Below are positions 16,735 through 17,814 of a stretch of 17,814 bases of DNA, piece after piece; position 1 is the stretch's first letter, and every line of letters starts with the position of its first letter. The stretch covers positions 1-17,814 of the forward strand of contig JANPJS010000239.1 of assembly GCA_031425655.1 (NCBI GenBank), written 5' to 3'. The notes beneath the pieces are model-generated. The model searched no databases and was not told where the DNA came from. It saw only the letters and a list, made by a program, of their open reading frames with translations. This stretch comes from Abditibacteriaceae bacterium (GTDB lineage: Bacteria; Armatimonadota; Abditibacteriia; Abditibacteriales; Abditibacteriaceae). The translations under genes and the position numbers were made by a program.

Positions 16735-17759
16735 GCTTGAATTTTCAAAGAGCATCGAAAAAGTCGTCCCGACTGCGCATGGCTTTAATCGGCGTGGCGG
16801 GCAGCGGTAAAACCTACACGGCGCTAAATATCGCCAAACATTTGGGCGGCCCGGTCGCCGTCGTGGATACCGAGCGCGGCAGCGCCAGCAAGTATTCCGA
16901 CCAATTTGAGTTCGATGTATTGGAACTCGAAACTTTCAGTCCGCAAACCTACGTTGAAGCGATTCAGGCCGCCGAGGAAGCCGGTTATAACGTGCTTATC
17001 ATTGATAGTATGTCGCACGCCTGGACGGGCAAGGAAGGCGCGCTCGACCAAGTGACGCGCGCCACCAAACGCAGCCAATCGGGGAACACTTTCGCCGCGT
17101 GGCGCGACGTAACGCCGCTGCATAATATGCTGATTGACACCATTCTTTCGTCGCGCGTCCACGTTATCGCCACGATGCGCGCCAAAACCGAATACGTGCA
17201 GGAAAAAAACGAGAAAACCGGTAAAACTACGGTTCGAAAAATCGGCCTCGCGCCGGTTCAGCGCGACGGTTTGGAATACGAATTCGACGTGGTAGCCGAC
17301 TTGGATCAGGACAACAACCTCATCATCGGCAAAACGCGTTGCACAGCCGTCGCGGGCATGGTGATTCCCAAAGCCGGCAAAGAAATCGCGCAAAAATTGG
17401 TGGCGTGGCTGTCCGATGGCGGTTCAGCCGCCGCACCCGCTGATTTCAACCGTTCGGCGCCCGCTAAAGCCGAAAACCCGAAGTCTGCATCGCGTTTGGA
17501 CGAACCTGCTGTGGAAGCCAACGCAGACGCGATTCTTTGCAACTGCGGCATCGAAGCGCGTTATGTGCGCGGCAAAACCGCGAACGGCTGGGTTTGCGGT
17601 CACAACGGAACCGACAACGTGCTTTGCGATTTTCGCATGAAAGAAGCCGCTCACGCGGCGGATGCGGACCCTTATGAATCCGGCGGAGAAGCGTGGGGCG
17701 GACGCTTGGCCGAACTCGAAGAAGACGCGCCGCTTGTCGTTGGCGGTCGCGCGAAATAA
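16731..17759 (+). CDS. Phage-type AAA_24 ATPase (Sak4-like single-strand annealing protein) with C-terminal Cys4 zinc finger
   Basis: LRMALIGVAGSGKTYTAL (Walker A), VVDTERGSA, VLIIDSMSHAW (Walker B), HVIATMRAK.EY, PVQRDGLEYEFD; tail CNCG..WVCG..LCDF. Confidence 0.82.
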   Translation: MSLNFQRASKKSSRLRMALIGVAGSGKTYTALNIAKHLGGPVAVVDTERGSASKYSDQFEFDVLELETFSPQTYVEAIQAAEEAGYNVLIIDSMSHAWTGKEGALDQVTRATKRSQSGNTFAAWRDVTPLHNMLIDTILSSRVHVIATMRAKTEYVQEKNEKTGKTTVRKIGLAPVQRDGLEYEFDVVADLDQDNNLIIGKTRCTAVAGMVIPKAGKEIAQKLVAWLSDGGSAAAPADFNRSAPAKAENPKSASRLDEPAVEANADAILCNCGIEARYVRGKTANGWVCGHNGTDNVLCDFRMKEAAHAADADPYESGGEAWGGRLAELEEDAPLVVGGRAK

Positions 17760-17814
17760 GGAGAGCGAGGCTAACGCCCAACGGCATTAAGTTAAGCGAT
17801 TGCGAAACGTAGCT

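Noticed and set aside
17769..17797. GCTAAC/GCCCAAC...GTTAAGC as an integron attC site
   Set aside because: The spacing is too short, there are no L boxes, and there is no cassette array.

Overview
This is a GC-rich (about 55-60% by eye) bacterial chromosomal segment. Gene content suggests Abditibacteriota/Armatimonadota, but that is an unverified impression. The core genes are a TlpA-like thioredoxin, a small membrane protein, a NAGPA-family phosphodiester glycosidase, a CPBP/Abi intramembrane protease, mutS, rhaM, a LURP-one/scramblase-like protein, a VOC protein, a TIGR01777 oxidoreductase and a low-molecular-weight PTP. There is also an unusual two-gene sugar ABC importer (a binding protein fused to a permease, plus a permease with a large repeat-containing periplasmic insert) followed by a secreted beta-propeller-like protein. 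The window ends with an operator-rich promoter driving an orphan gene and a phage Sak4-like AAA_24 ATPase with a C-terminal Cys4 finger. The non-coding DNA is the most striking part. Most longer gaps hold a long palindrome, several built from tandem 7-, 8-, 8/9- or 10-bp units, and one is a 308-bp IS5-like MITE with a TAA duplication. A 5x7-bp tandem array sits in frame inside mutS and could act as a slippage-driven mutator switch. A lower-GC orphan gene is bracketed by a 30-bp direct repeat of the ABC operon promoter region. All calls come from motif recognition by eye, and no searches were run.
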